A stretch of DNA of 47,127 bases from Diploschistes diacapsis (lineage: Eukaryota), in NCBI GenBank assembly GCA_023645945.1, contig JALAIB010000023.1:1-47127 (forward strand), written 5' to 3'. The notes beneath the pieces are model-generated. The model saw nothing but the letters and a program-made list of their open reading frames with translations. It was not told the origin of the DNA and made no database searches. Below are positions 1 to 13,127 of the stretch, piece by piece (positions within the stretch are counted from its first letter, which is position 1; the number at the start of each line of letters is the position of its first letter). Position numbers and translations under genes: made by a program.

Positions 1-1
1 G

Positions 2-343
2 GGTAAGGGTGGGGATGGGGTTGATTATTGGAATCAGGGCGTGCCCAGGGATACGTTGTGGAGGGGGAAGGGCCATCGGAAGGAGGATGTTGGGCGTTTG
101 GACTTTTGGGAAGGGAGACATGGGTTTGGAGGTAACAGGCAGGCCAGTGAAAAGGGAGACTGGGAGGTGGTTGGAAAGAGCGGAAATAGTGGGGGTGTGA
201 AGGAAGAGAGGACAAACACGCCGCGGGATCCGAACGAAAGGGGCAGGGGGAGGACAGTAGAAACGCAGAGTGGGGGCGTCGCTGTGTTAAGGGCGTTTGA
301 TTTGTTCGATGGGCTGGTAGGGGGAGAAGACATGAAGGAATAA
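2..343 (+). CDS. 3' end of a hypothetical protein-coding gene running in from the left edge (partial)
   Basis: Frame is open from base 2 to TAA at 341-343 (GKGGDGVDYWNQGVPRDTLW...VAVLRAFDLFDGLVGGEDMKE*). G-rich composition resembles the 3' ends of other genes here. No family recognised. Confidence 0.45.
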   Translation, partial: GKGGDGVDYWNQGVPRDTLWRGKGHRKEDVGRLDFWEGRHGFGGNRQASEKGDWEVVGKSGNSGGVKEERTNTPRDPNERGRGRTVETQSGGVAVLRAFDLFDGLVGGEDMKE

Positions 344-1767
344 GAGAGCCAAAAGTGTCTCGAATGTGAGATTGTCATGTGAATGATTAAATATATGGAA
401 TGGACGATAGCAAGGGGTATCCTGTGGAAGTTACGGATCCATGGACATGTAGCAACGAAGCAGCACAATTGACACAATGACAATGGACATACTACAGACA
501 GCCAGGCAGTATCAATAAGCAGCACTTTATGCCCAGCCAAGAGATTCCAGGGGTGCTTCAGATCAATCATAAGATACGATCAAAAGGCTCCTAGAGAGCT
601 TCAAGGAGATAAAGTTGTGGAGGAGGTATTTCCTGAAACAAATGAAGCAGAAGCATCCAGGTAACAACAAGCACCAACACCGAGCAGACCGCTTCTTGCT
701 TATTACTAAAATAAACGAAAGTACCGAGTCCTCATCGTTCGACTTACAGTCACTGTGCTCTTGCAAGGTTGGCCCCCGAATGAGCTCCCATGCTCTTCAG
801 GAGGCCCACATATGGCTACTCAAGGTAACGAAAAGGAGATTGACTTGCCTCAGAGACCTCCTGCCACCTTGAGCAGCCACCAACGAAGTTCCATCCACAC
901 CTATGTGCACAATCCCCTCACATCTCCACTTGCTTATTCGGGAGCATTGCCCACTTCTCGTCCCTCCTTTTCTTGAACATGGCGGGCCCTCACCTACGAG
1001 TAAGCGCCGGAGGTCCATTGGGGTCGTCCGCGCAGCTATTCAAGAAGAACGGGATGATAGTGGAACACGCCAGAGGGCCTCCTACCACCTTCCGCAGCTG
1101 TAAACCAAGCCATTCCTCCACGCGTCTTCATTGCGGCACAGAATCTTTCCCTCTTTGCCTAATAGAGCCCGCGTCATCATCTTCCTGACGTGGATGGGGG
1201 GCCTCGCTGGACGAGTGAGCCGCCCCAGCGAGCTGCAGACTTTTCACACAGCTGTTCAGAATATGGAACGCGGCATTGAAACCCCGGTTGGAAGCTTCTC
1301 CCGAGCATCTTCAGTCGCTATATGCTTATCCCCTTTACCGGTCTAGTACGATGGGACTCGTCCGGAGAGGGAGCGGCGGATAAGATGCATCAACAGGTAT
1401 GCCTGCTGGCGCCGGAGTTGCGGGAGATTCGGGAATCGGGTATACGAGAAGGGGAGGTGTGGACTGACTGGTGGCTTTCCTATATACTCTGATATTAATC
1501 TCCGAGGACCAGCCTCTTAAGCTTGCAGGTTATATCGAGAGAGTAATCCTGCACCAATCAGAAGAGCACAAATACAAAAACAAACACTGAAGAGTTCTTT
1601 AAGTCACTAAACCTTACAGATTGTTGGTGACTCTGACGTTCCTACCCAGTGCTGACTTCTGCTGAGCTGAGGCTGTCTTGAATGCATGTAATGCTGACGG
1701 CCGTAGGGCCCGCTTGGGTTGACTGAGCGATATTTAATGTCTACAGGATCAAAGAGTGCTCAGCAAC

Positions 1768-1789
1768 GTCAGTCAGTCAGTCAGTCAGT
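1768..1789. repeat. (GTCA)5 microsatellite
   Basis: gtcagtcagtcagtcagtcagt read directly. Confidence 0.9.
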
Positions 1790-2892
1790 GGCGTACAGAC
1801 TTTGACAGGTGTGCCTGCGTTGACCTTTACGATTGTGGCCTTCCCATACATTTCTCATGTGCACCAATAATATGAATTGCTTGTGGCATGCACTTCGTCT
1901 CCATGAGTCTCGAAGCAGAATTTTCTCGAAAGCGGATCAAGCTTAGGAACAAAGCGATGCGACTTCTAGAGCCAAAGGCAAAGATTCTTTTGGGAAGTGT
2001 GACTTGCAGACAGGCAGGGATTATCGAGTACTCTTTGCTTAGCATGACTGCTGGTCTGCTACCGTGTCCGAAGCTTTGTGAAATTGCGAGCCGTGTGCAA
2101 GGTGACATTCAAAGGTGCTGATGAAGAAGCCTCCTTCAGCCCAGAAGCAAGAATTCAGCTCATCCAACACGAGCGGTCGTGCCAGGCAAACTTACAAATT
2201 TACGAGGAGGCGGCGCCGCTCACAAACTACAAACTCAGCAGCTCTAAAAATGACACAGCCCTTGTCCCTTGACAACCCACGCGAAAAGCTCCCCAAAAAG
2301 CTTTGTACCATGTTCAACTGACGGAGCTGGGCGCCTGAGGAGGACCAACGCTCTTCAATTAACACCCCAAAAGGCTAAGGAGCTAATGGCGAAAGAATTT
2401 CAGTTCGTAGCGGGCGCCACATGTGCGATCAGCAGCGGCCTGTTCCTTCCGTCCCAGCTTCCAGCGCGCTGGGCTCGCAGAAAAGTTGAACTCATTTTTG
2501 CTGCTGACCACCCTTTCCTCACCTCATCGCGTGGCCAACCTCGTGGCTGCCCAGCCTTGAACGTCGCTGTGACTGCAGCCCGTCCGATGGGGCCAATATC
2601 CAACAGCAATTACGAGATGCTCTCCCATGGACTTCCAATTCCAGTGGCGTGAAGACCCTTGCTCAGAAGCTCGCATTGCCTGCCGTTTTTCTTAGAGTCA
2701 AGAACAGCAAGGCCACCATCGCAAATGGACTGGATACGAAGTGCAGATCTGGAGGAGCGAATATAAAAGCCAACTCCGCCCTCATCATCCCATCGTCTCT
2801 TCATCCTCGAAGCCTTCTAGAATCTCGTCTCCACAGAAGCCATTCAACCCGTCCAAGCCTTTTGCTCCACGCCAACGCCTCAAATCATCGCA

Positions 2893-3367
2893 ATGGCCCG
2901 CTTCACAAGCACCCTTCTCCTCCTCGCCACGGCTCTCACCGCCGTGAACGCCGCCCCAGTCGCCGAGATCGTGACGCGCCAGGCGGGTGAGCCAGCAACC
3001 GTCAACTTCGCGCCCTACGCCGTGGTCGGGTGCCGCATGTCCCAGAACCCGTACGACAACCCTCCTCCCACCGACTACAACGTCACCACTGGCTCCGGCT
3101 GCATCACATCTTCCTACACCTTCTCTTCGTACGTCGAGGCCGCGAACGCGGAGGCTCTGGGCCCTTGCTCGTTTAGCCTATTCAGCGGACCCGGCTGCAC
3201 TGGTAAGTCTACCACGCCGCCATCAAGCCTTTACAAAGGTTTGCTTGCGGATAGTAAGCTGACAGGATGACGCAGGTTCGGTCTCAGCGGCGACATTGAC
3301 CTCGTACGAAAACTGCATTCCCAGCGCCCCGACCGCGCAGAGCTTCGAGCTTAATTGTGGACCATAG
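2893..3367 (+). CDS. Small secreted cysteine-rich protein, 133 aa; join(2893..3202,3276..3367)
   Basis: Signal peptide MARFTSTLLLLATALTAVNA-AP. Intron 3203..3275 has a GTAAGT donor, GCTGAC branch and CAG acceptor. Splicing gives an in-frame C-terminus ...GSVSAATLTSYENCIPSAPTAQSFELNCGP*, with 6 Cys in total. Confidence 0.85.
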
Positions 3368-5524
3368 GGGGCTAAAGCAGGCTGGAGTGTGAGGCCAATG
3401 AATAGAGTAAACTTCGAGAATCAAGGGGAGCCATCCTCGAGCTTGCCGTTAGGATAGCTAGAAAAGGCCTAGAGGGATTCAGAACCTATAGAATTCCATA
3501 CCATCATTTCCATAAACAAATTTGTCCATTCCCAGAGCGATTAGATGTTTGCCTTATTAGGCCGGCAGAGGTTCATAAGGCGACGGATTACACCCTTGTG
3601 AAGTGGCACGAAGATATCTTGGGAAAGGCTGAACAACTCCAGCGACAAGCTCGAGTTCGTACCAGTATTCTCGAACGCCAGCGAAGCCAATGTCGGAAGC
3701 AGCTTGTAGATGGTGCGTGCCGTTGGGGGCTGTTCGTAAATCCTGCTGGGTATCCTTCGCAGGCAGTTTCATTACAGCTTGTCCCAGGTCGGCCCGACAC
3801 AGACTCTAAGGTCACCCTCCCATGCAAGAACGCGCTCAAAAAGGTGTTGAAGGCTATATCGAGGTTTATAGAGAATGTGAACGAGAAGACAAGCAACACG
3901 CGTTCGCTCCACTCCAACATCACCTGAAATGTAGAGATAGCTAACAGCTGTGCGTCACAGCTCGTGGCGCTTTGGAATTCAGTCTCTGCTGACGAGGCTA
4001 GATGGAGAAAGTGCCAGATATAGACGAGCCTAGAAGGCCTTTGCAGCAAGCATAGCGGCCGGATCCGGTACGGAGCATGACTTCTCCTTCTTCAGATCCG
4101 TGGCTCTTCCGACTACCCAGAGTAACCTCTACCCTCAAGAGGCTCAACTACTATCTTTCCCTCGTTCCCATCTGAAGTCAGTAGTACAGAAAGTTCCTTG
4201 TCCGATTTGGGAGACGACGGCAAGGTGGATGATAAGGAGCTAATGCGCGATCGCTGTCCCTTCCACTACACTCTGCCACCTGGTCAGTCGCTGGTGGGCA
4301 GCAGTATCAGTATTAGTCGCTACCTATGGCGCTTCTGCATTGAGAGTCTTCGTGCGGTAGAGAAGGCTGCTGAGTCTGCGGTTTGAGGCGGTGGTTAGAT
4401 CACGATGGGCCTGAAAAGTCATGGAAGCAGTTTCCGAAGCAAGTATCATACTCCATATCAGAGCAGGAAGGCTGAATTGGATTCCGGTTTCCCAGGGGAG
4501 AGCCCTGAATTATCAGTACGCGCATCACTGGAAATCTTCTTTAGGACCAGTGTTATATCATGTAAAGAGCCTCTGCGTGACCGTCCGGTTGCAAAAGCTC
4601 AGCGCATTTCATTCTTTTTTTCCACATGAGACAACCCCAAAAGCATCCTTATAGGACCCCCTGTCTGTGTATGTTTGCACTCAATATTGGTAGAGCTTCA
4701 AAGATTCTGGCAGATAAGGTTGATTTTTCTTTTAAAGAGAATATAGAAATCCTTCCACTGGGCACCTGGAATCCGTATAGGGATTCAATTAACCTTCCAT
4801 CCATTTTTCACTCACCGTGCAGCCTCACCTCTTCCTATTTCCGCATCTCAGACTGTAGAGACTGCGGTTGGAAAATCTTCTCCACGACTGACTGACGTTG
4901 GCGTTCAAAATCTAATTGGTAAATCCAACAGTGTTCTTGCGATAAACGTTTTTAGTAGGATGGGGAACAGTAATCACTAAACCCCGAGGCTGATCGATGA
5001 GATCCGTCCATTGCTTATTCGCATTAGAACTACTACTCAGATCCTAGCAAGCTCCCTAACTAAAAAGATCTGAGTCTCGACCTTGAATAGGACAAGTTCA
5101 AACCCCACATCAAGAGGCGTGTTTCTCTCCGTGTCGCCTTTCTGCATCTCAACCAGACACTCAATGTTGCGGCCGTCTCATTTCCAATCCATTACGTTGG
5201 CAGGGTATTTCATATTCGAGAGTGACTTTCAGCCCAGCTACACTACTGACAGAATGTCACGAGCCCAACCTCGACCAGCGGTTTGTGCTTGATATTGCTC
5301 CCCGAGATAGAGCGACGATGGATATAAATGCAATGTTTTTCCGCCATTGATATTGTATCAGCACACACTGCATCTTGCACTCGACTCAATTCGACATCAA
5401 TCATTCTTACCCTTCTAACTATCACCCACTCGGCACTAGCTATCGATCAACTTAGTCCACTAGCCACCACTCAACTCGGCTCCCACCAGCCCCTTATCCC
5501 CTACCACCCACCCCAGCGGCCACA

Positions 5525-5961
5525 ATGGCCCCCAACGCCAGCATCTTCGCCATGCCTCTCTTCTGGCTCCGCGCTTCGCCACGGTCAACATCCTCTGCGA
5601 CGCCCACAACAACGCCAACCCCCGTTCGGCCGAGGCCTGCGACAACGCGACCAAGGTCCTCAGGCAGCGCCGGTACGGCCTGTACGAGCGCCTGGAAGGC
5701 GTCCACGTCAATTCGCTAGAAGAACATGGCGCTGTTCTACTCGGCCGTCATCGGCGGGAAACCCTGGTCAACCTCCGCGCCACGCAGCTGAACGGCTTGG
5801 CTTGGGCCCACATCGCATCGAGGACCATCCGCACGGTCCTGTGCGTCAAGATCGCCGAGGTCTCGGCGAGCCATGCCCGGACGCTGGTGTTCATGGCCGG
5901 CGTCGCTATCAACAACCGTACCCTGATTAGCGGCGGAGTCAACGTCGTCAACGGCTGCTAA
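5525..5961 (+). pseudogene. MAPEG-family membrane protein, frameshifted
   Basis: MAPEG-like blocks are split between frames: MAPNASIFAMPLFWL / ..NNANPRS..YERLEGVHVNSLE / NMALFYSAVIGG / ..QLNGLAWAHIASR..ARTLVFMAG..*. Frame changes occur near 5570, 5721 and 5760. Confidence 0.7.
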
Positions 5962-7079
5962 GGAGGGTGTGCCTCGAAGCCTCGCGAGGACCCGGGTTTT
6001 GAAAATAGAGGACTTGCCGGGGTAGAGATGGACACGGAAGTGGAGAAGAAGGGGGGGAGAGGGGGGGACAGATATCATGAGGGCGTTGGTGGTGCGGAGT
6101 CGCGGCTTAGGTACTGACCATCACTCCTGGCATGCTGGGCGCTCAAGGAGCATTTGGCGCCCGGCTATCTGACTTCGTGGGGTGGGGCAGATTGGTGGCG
6201 TATGCAGAGATGGGTTGACTCTGTTTGGACTGCGATCGTTTTGTCAGGTTCATTGCAATGCAACTACTTTTTCTCCTCACACTGCCTCTTTGCTTTGCAT
6301 CGCTCCTGTTCGTTTCGTGCGATTTACTTTGTGCCCTTGCAAACGCTCGGGCGATGCTCCGAATCGGTTTACAGACTGAATCTGAAAGTTCGGGGCAGAG
6401 CTTCAGCTATCTCGGGATTTTACTTGATGATTGCTTGACCTGAAGCATCCTCGGAGCTCTTTCGTGAGCTTGGATGGTCGAAGATTGTCACATATCGCGC
6501 TGGTGTCTGGCGGCCTGTTTTCGGTATCAAGCAGAGTGAAATAGAGAGACGGGAATTGCCGGATTAGCACAAGGGGGCGTTACACTACGAGAAGAAAAAG
6601 ACAAACGCCATACCTAACAAGGTACAGTTATCGCCATCCGTTAATTGTTCGGGGACCCAGTAAGCAACGAAAGACCAAAAAGGACCCGTGGATAGAAAAA
6701 GAAAAGGTAAAAGGATAAGCATGCCTAACAGAAATAGAATGGTGACACAGAGACTGTGTCCGCAGAGAACGCTTGCTCAAAGCACTATGTACAATGCGCA
6801 CTATAATATATACAACCCACCAGGCCACTCGGACTCTATTAAGAATAACTTTGCACAACCCAACCACCTCTTACCACTTTATAACATCGCAAAGAGCTCG
6901 CAGAAAAACGCTTCAGGTCAAGCATAAGATAGACTTTAGAGACTCCGAGGATAGCTTCAAATATCTCAGGTTTGTTTTATAATTGGTCTGAAGCATCTCT
7001 CGAGCATTTATGTGGGCACAAAGCGGCCAGAAAGGTACGGGGTGTGCCAACTATTATCAATATCGCCTGCCACTTCACC

Positions 7080-10000
7080 TTAAAGCACAACGATATTGCT
7101 AACCGGCACCCCCTGCGTCTCGATGGTATACCTCCTCTTAATCCCGAACGCAACCGCCCTCTTGAAGCTCTCATACGTCTCCTGCCCGCCGCCAACCATT
7201 ACCATCGGCACCGGATTCCTCCTGGGCACTCCGCTTCTCGTATACTCCGCCCCATCGACCAGCGGTCTAATGAGCCTGTTCTGATCCCTTAATTCCGCAT
7301 TGTCCGTACCGCCCTCGAATCCGTACGACACGAGGACAACCAGCTGCAGCGACCCCTCGGCCGGTGCAAAGGCGGGTATGTTGGCCAGCTTCTCATTGAA
7401 GCTGCAACCGCCACGCTGAAGCACGATGATTTGGTAGTCGCGCGGAATGTGCAGGGGAAGCATGCTGCGGCAATTCGTGCCGCCAACGTAGATCTTGCGA
7501 AAGGGAAGCGTCCCTTGCGGGTTGCCAGCTGCGTCGGGACCGCGCGCTTCGGGGAAATTGGGTAGAGGGCCGGCGCCGGGGCCTTGGGCGGTGATCGCGG
7601 CGGTGTATTTGCGCTGAAAGGTTGGCGTTTTCGGTGACGAGGTGGGCTGCTCCTTGATGGCCGAGGACATGTGCTGGGCCAGGTAGCGTAGGGCGTTGCG
7701 CACGGGCGAGTCTCCTTCGGAGGCGTCACTCAGGAGTTGGGGGAGGGCAATCTCGGGAATTAGTCCTGGGTTCAGGATGTCCTCGTTCCTTGAACGGGAT
7801 TCTCTTATCGCTAGTGGAGTTGTTTGGGCTTCGGTGACATCGATTGCTATATCGAGCATGATATGGTCTTGTACTCTCGAGAATAGTGGATCGTTCGCCT
7901 TTACAATGCTGGATATCGTATCTTTCGCTATGAAAACCTTTTCTTCCCTACCCAACGGCATGTGATTCATAGCATGAACTCGGTAGGTGTCTCTTTGACC
8001 GGTTTCTTCGTCATACGATGGAGCGTCTCGGATCAGCCCCAGTCGGAGCCCTGCCAGACCCCCAACGAGTATGCCTCCGGTCACCCGTGACAGGATGCCA
8101 GACGGAAATACGAGGTTTGACAGGGAGGGAAAGGTAATGTCGAATGTTGGCCGGGCCTCTAGCTTGCCAGAGCTGCCATTGTATGGGATAAGCTCGGTCG
8201 GTAGAGTCCAGGGATAAAAGGTGTAGTTTGATGGGGAGATCATTCCGACGGATGCAGCGGTTGGTGCGGTAGCCACTGCATCTCCGCTCATATTCTTGGG
8301 TCCCAGCTCTAGGCGAACAAGATGCGCGGCATGGAACAGGTCGGATCGAGCGGCAGTCTTTGACAGACTAAAGGCGAGCTGGGGTTCTGGAACCGGGCAG
8401 GTTTCTCGGCCCAAGTTCGGTTCATCCATTCTCGCAAACTGTGCGCTGCGACCGCGAAGGTGCTTTGGGATGATCAAAGGATGGCCCTCGGTGCTGTACA
8501 CAAATGGCTCGTCAAGAGAGTTGAGTGGGTGTTCGGGGTCGAAAAGCAGGTGCAAGTACTTTGCCGTTTCCCCCAAAAAGAAACTCTCCATCCTGTTGTT
8601 TCGCTCGCCTGTTCTCACATCCTGAAGACCCGAAAGACCGCATGGTACCCAGCAAAGGCGTTTCATGTCCATAAGTGTCATCTCGCCGACGTGCAGAAAC
8701 CACGGGTCTTTCGTTGCTCGATAGAGGTGATAAGTGGATTCGATAAACTCTGGTCTTCCCAGCCACCATGTGAGGCCGTGCTCAATGTCGCCGGAAGCCA
8801 TGGACCATCTTTCAGGAAGTGCGGAATAGCGTGACCACAATGCAGTGAAGAGTACGTGATTCTCTACAGCTTCGTCGACTTCACCTGCAAGGATGAGGAG
8901 CCCCGGGTAGAACGCACTCAAGGCATCCATCCAGATTGCTCTTGCGGCCCCTGTAAAGACGTCACCCTGCACGAAGTGAGGGTATCCGTAGCTTTTGCCT
9001 CGACGCAGGTGACGATTGATAGCATCGTGAGAATCCTTCCACACCTTCAGGAAGCTCTCGGGATCGTGGTGCTGCTCTTGTAGAGGTGGAGGGAAAAAAG
9101 CGGCAAAAGTCGGACCAGGGTCGTAAGAATCTTGCCAGGGTCTTTCGGCTCCGGCAAGAAGGATGTATGCCTTCAGGGCATACTCGTAGAAACTGTCTAC
9201 TCCGGCGCCAAGACCAGTGTAAGGGTTCGTCCACAGCCCATTCTCTGCGTTTATGTTGGAGCCGACCAAACCGGTATGTGCTCTACGCTCCCAAATGGAC
9301 CAGAAAGCTCGCTTTGCAGACAGCTCGAAAACCGTATCGCCCGTCAATCGACTAAGCACTATGAGCTCGAGCAGCAAAGTTCCTGCTCCTGCGCTACAGG
9401 TTTCGGTTCCTTCCGTGTTGGGTACTGGCTGGGTAGGGCACGTCATGTTATCGCTGGGAGAGCACTCTTCGCCCCAGAATCCACAAGAGTTTGTGTAAAA
9501 GGGAACTCCATAGCGAAGGTTGACCCGCGGGTACGGGATGCCGGTGGAGGTGGAGAATGCCGGTAGTAAACGGCTTGCGAGATCGTGGGCGAGCCTGAGC
9601 AGCTGACCATCATAGACAAACTTCCGTGACCATCGAATGCCTTGATCCCCAGAAGGCAGGTCGACGAGGCTGTTCAGAGGGTCATAGCCCGTGATTGGGA
9701 GGTCCCCATTGGCAAATAGGTGGGCGCTGAGCAATCCACCCACTCCACGAATCACCGTCTCAAACACCGAAACCTTCGAGTCCAGGTCGAACCCTCGCGC
9801 TCTTTTACCTAAACCAAGCTCGCCTTCTGTCCCGTCTCCGTAGAGCTCCACCAGCGCAGCGACTCCGTCCTGAAAGTGTGTCAACGCCTGCTTCCGGTTT
9901 TTCTTTGGTCCTGAAGAGGATGCGAGTACAGCGAGAGTCGAGAGGCTATCTACTAGGGTCAGGGAGTAATTGCCGAGCGGGTCATTGACTTCGACGTGGT

Positions 10001-10268
10001 CAGGACTGTCGGGATCTCGGGTCAAGGGCGAGCAATTTAGCGGTCGTAGTTCGTCTTCGGGAAAGGCATGCTTCATGTAATTATTGAAGCCATGGTAGAA
10101 AAGATCATCGGCTTCTTCTCTGTGAGAGCGTTAGAGATTCGTGAGTAATCTGCGGCTGAAAGCTTACCTGAGTGCGGTTATTTGGGCATTACTCATGCAC
10201 GACACAAGCTTAGCCAGCTGGAAGATCAGGAGCAGCTCTGCAAGGAGCAGTTTCCAAGCGAAGCGCAT
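7080..10268 (-). CDS. MNL1: Glycoside hydrolase family 47 ER degradation-enhancing alpha-mannosidase-like protein (EDEM/Htm1-Mnl1 type) with C-terminal PA domain, 1046 aa; complement(join(7080..10119,10168..10268))
   Basis: Signal-peptide exon, then a 48-nt intron (GTAAGC..CTAAC..CAG). GH47 motifs: FYHGFNNYMKHAFPEDELRP, SVFETVIRGVGGLLSAH, GAGVDSFYEY, RPEFIESTY, RMESFFLGETAKY. PA motif: IVLQRGGCSFNEK. Confidence 0.92.
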
Positions 10269-10590
10269 GCCGGAGGCCTTTGGATATAGAAGGCATCCTG
10301 ATCGCATCACCGAATGGAACGACTTAGAAAATAAATATACATGAAGGGTAAAGGCATGGAGAAGTGAGATATATACAGCTGGCGCGAACAAGAAATCAAA
10401 GCAAATGCAGGACCACCCAGAGTCTATGGAAGGAAATGAAGACTCGGATAACGAACGCTCTTCTCGTGAACGTGGCCAGAAATTAGAAGCTACCAAGTAC
10501 CGCTTGCTAATCCTCATGACGCCATGCCGCAAGAGCTTTTACTTTGACCGGAGTCAATTAAGCTTAGCGGGCTGTTTGGATAGTCCCTGG

Positions 10591-10810
10591 CCATGTTTGG
10601 ACAGATTAACGGTTAATCGATTAACCGATTAACGGCCTTATAATCATTAATTAATCGATTATTAATTAGTCATGAATCGGGCCGGATAACTCAACTATTA
10701 ATAAGTAGTGGGGAAGGAATTAAATTCTATTAGGAAATTTTTTAAGAATTATTGCATGAATAATGTAGAAGTAATCGCCGGTTGATCGCATATTAATCGT
10801 CCAAATATGG
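10591..10810. mobile_element. hAT-type MITE (220 bp) with TIRs and 8-bp TSD
   Basis: Left end CCATGTTTGGACAGATTAA versus reverse complement of the right end CCATATTTGGACGATTAA. Flanks are GTCCCTGG (10583-10590) and GTCCTTGG (10811-10818). The AT-rich interior has repeated CGATTAA/TTAATCG motifs. Confidence 0.8.
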
Positions 10811-10965
10811 GTCCTTGGCATCAACCCCGGCTCAGCCTTATGGCCCGTGGGGGTTTGATAGAGCTCCTCAAGTGACTCACAATTTAATAGAAATTCTCCC
10901 AATGGACCGAGACTGAGCTTTTTGGATCTGCGCTTGAAGCTGTCTTCCAACTGCCTGTGCTCACC

Positions 10966-12684
10966 ATGTCTGTTGACCATACGCAGCCTATTCTCGACGC
11001 TCTGTCGCAGAGCGATGGCCCCGTCCTCACCGCCGAAGCGTTTCCCTCAATTGAGTTCAAAGATATCAAGAGCGCATTGGACCGGCTCGGCTCGAGAGAG
11101 ATGGTCACGTATAAAACTATAGAGCGGGAAGAATACGATCTGAGCGAAGAAGCGCAAGGCATAGCAAAGGAAGGTTCTCACGAAGCCAAGGTCTTCGAGG
11201 AAGTGCGAAAGGCAGTTGACGGGCTCAACATTGCCGACCTGCCTGTATGTGGAACACGTGTTTGAAGGCCATTTACGACACAATGCTGACGGCTTCCAAG
11301 AGTAAAGTGGGCAAGGACACCGCCAAAGTTGGCCAAGCAAAGGCATTCGCCGCGAAATGGATCAAAAAGGATGGGAGCGTTCTAAGAGCGACGGCGGAGT
11401 CTATTACGGATACTACGCAAAATCAGCTAAAGGCGATTCAAGAGACAAGAACATATGCGGATCCCAAAGTCCTCGTGGAGCTAAAGAAACGGAAGCTCAT
11501 TTCTCCTAAGAAAGTCTTTACTTTTGAGGTTAGCAAAGGGCCAAATTACTCAAGAGAATTCGTTAAGGAAGAGACGGATCTCACGGCCGATATGCTAGCC
11601 AGGTCGGTCTGTCTGTTCGTTTGACTGATGAGTCTTCTGATCTGAATAAACAGTGGCGCTTGGAAAATAGTCAAATTAAAACCATACAATTTCAAAGCCA
11701 GAGGAGCGCCTGCGCAAAGCGGCGCCTTGCATCCATGTCAGGTGACCGTCTGCGCTGAGCGCTATTGTGCGGTGTGGAGCTAACTTAGATGCAGTAATGA
11801 AAGTCCGTCACGAGTTCCGCCAAATCTTCTTCGAAATGGGATTTACCGAGATGGACACCGCAACATTTGTAGAAACGGGCTTCTGGAACTTTGACGCACT
11901 CTTTGTCCCGCAACAACATCCCGCTCGGGACTTACAAGACACCTTCTTCATTTCTGATCCTCCCAAGGGCGATAAGCCACGGTTTCCGAACAAAGACGAA
12001 GCCTCCTCGATAACCGAATCATCCTCCGCGACCGACGGCGTAGAGAAGAAACTCGATTACGAGCGCTACTGGAACGACATACGGCAGGTTCATGAAAGCG
12101 GCAAATTCGGCTCCATCGGTTACCGCTACCCTTGGAAGGAGGAAGAGTCGTTACGCCTCGTGCTACGGACCCACACAACCGCCACAAGCACGTACATGTT
12201 ACACAGATTAGCGGCAAATCCGCGCCCGGCGCGCTACTTCTCCATCGATCGAGTTTTCCGAAACGAGAGCATTGACGCCACGCATTTAGCAGAGTTCCAT
12301 CAAGTGGAGGGGGTGATTGCCGACTTTGGGTTGACGCTCGGCGGGTTGATTGGGTTCATGGAAGTTTTCTTCTCGAAGATGGGCATCAACGGACTGCGAT
12401 TCAAGCCGGCGTATAATCCTTATACCGAGCCAAGTCTGGAAATATTCGGCTACCACGCAGGATTCAAGAAATGGGTGGAGATTGGGAATAGTGGCATGTT
12501 CAGGCCGGAGATGCTGGAGCCCATGGGACTTCCACCAGACTTACGGGTATACGGGTGGGGACTGAGTTTGGAGAGACCAACAATGATCAAATACAAGGTC
12601 AACAATATTCGAGAACTATTGGGACACAAGGTAGACCTAGGCTTTGTGGAGAGTAATGCTGCAGTTAGGTTGGAAAAGGACTAA
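10966..12684 (+). CDS. FRS2: Cytosolic phenylalanyl-tRNA synthetase alpha subunit, 517 aa; join(10966..11244,11301..11602,11654..11736,11795..12684)
   Basis: Three GT-AG introns restore the frame ([17 protein letters not shown]). Motifs: [77 protein letters not shown]. Confidence 0.97.
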
Positions 12685-13127
12685 GGTTCATGTTTCGGAT
12701 GTCTGTAGAGGCGTGAAGAGCTTCGGCTATGGTAGCAACCGGTGAATTCGACCGCTGAAATCATCGTGAGGTAAGCTTCCCACCTGATAGTTCTTGTATC
12801 ACCGCAACATTCCCCCAGTCGTGAATGATCAGAGAAAGGCTGTTAAAAGTCCACTTAGCGTTGCGTAACATTTGGGGGCAATTTCCGGCTCTTGCGGTCC
12901 CAAGGTGCGGATGCTTGCTGATATACAAAGTCTTCTCCTAAACACCCTATAGCGCAGCTCTAGCGAGCGCCATGCAGTTAGAGTACTCCTGAAGACTTCT
13001 GCTGTAAGATATTCAGACCTGTCCAGGAGCCTTCAGAAGCACCCTGGCCATATAGCTCGCCAGTATGACGTTAGAAGAACAATGGACGACGACCAAGTTT
13101 CTTGGCCCAGAAGTGTACATTCTTTTT

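Noticed and set aside
3557..4900. Short overlapping ORFs suggesting a decayed gene
   Set aside because: No consistent frame or motif.
7096..9566. Numerous antisense and alternate-frame ORFs over long genes (also over MFS, BCS1, QOR and NLR)
   Set aside because: These are shadow ORFs of GC-rich coding sequence.
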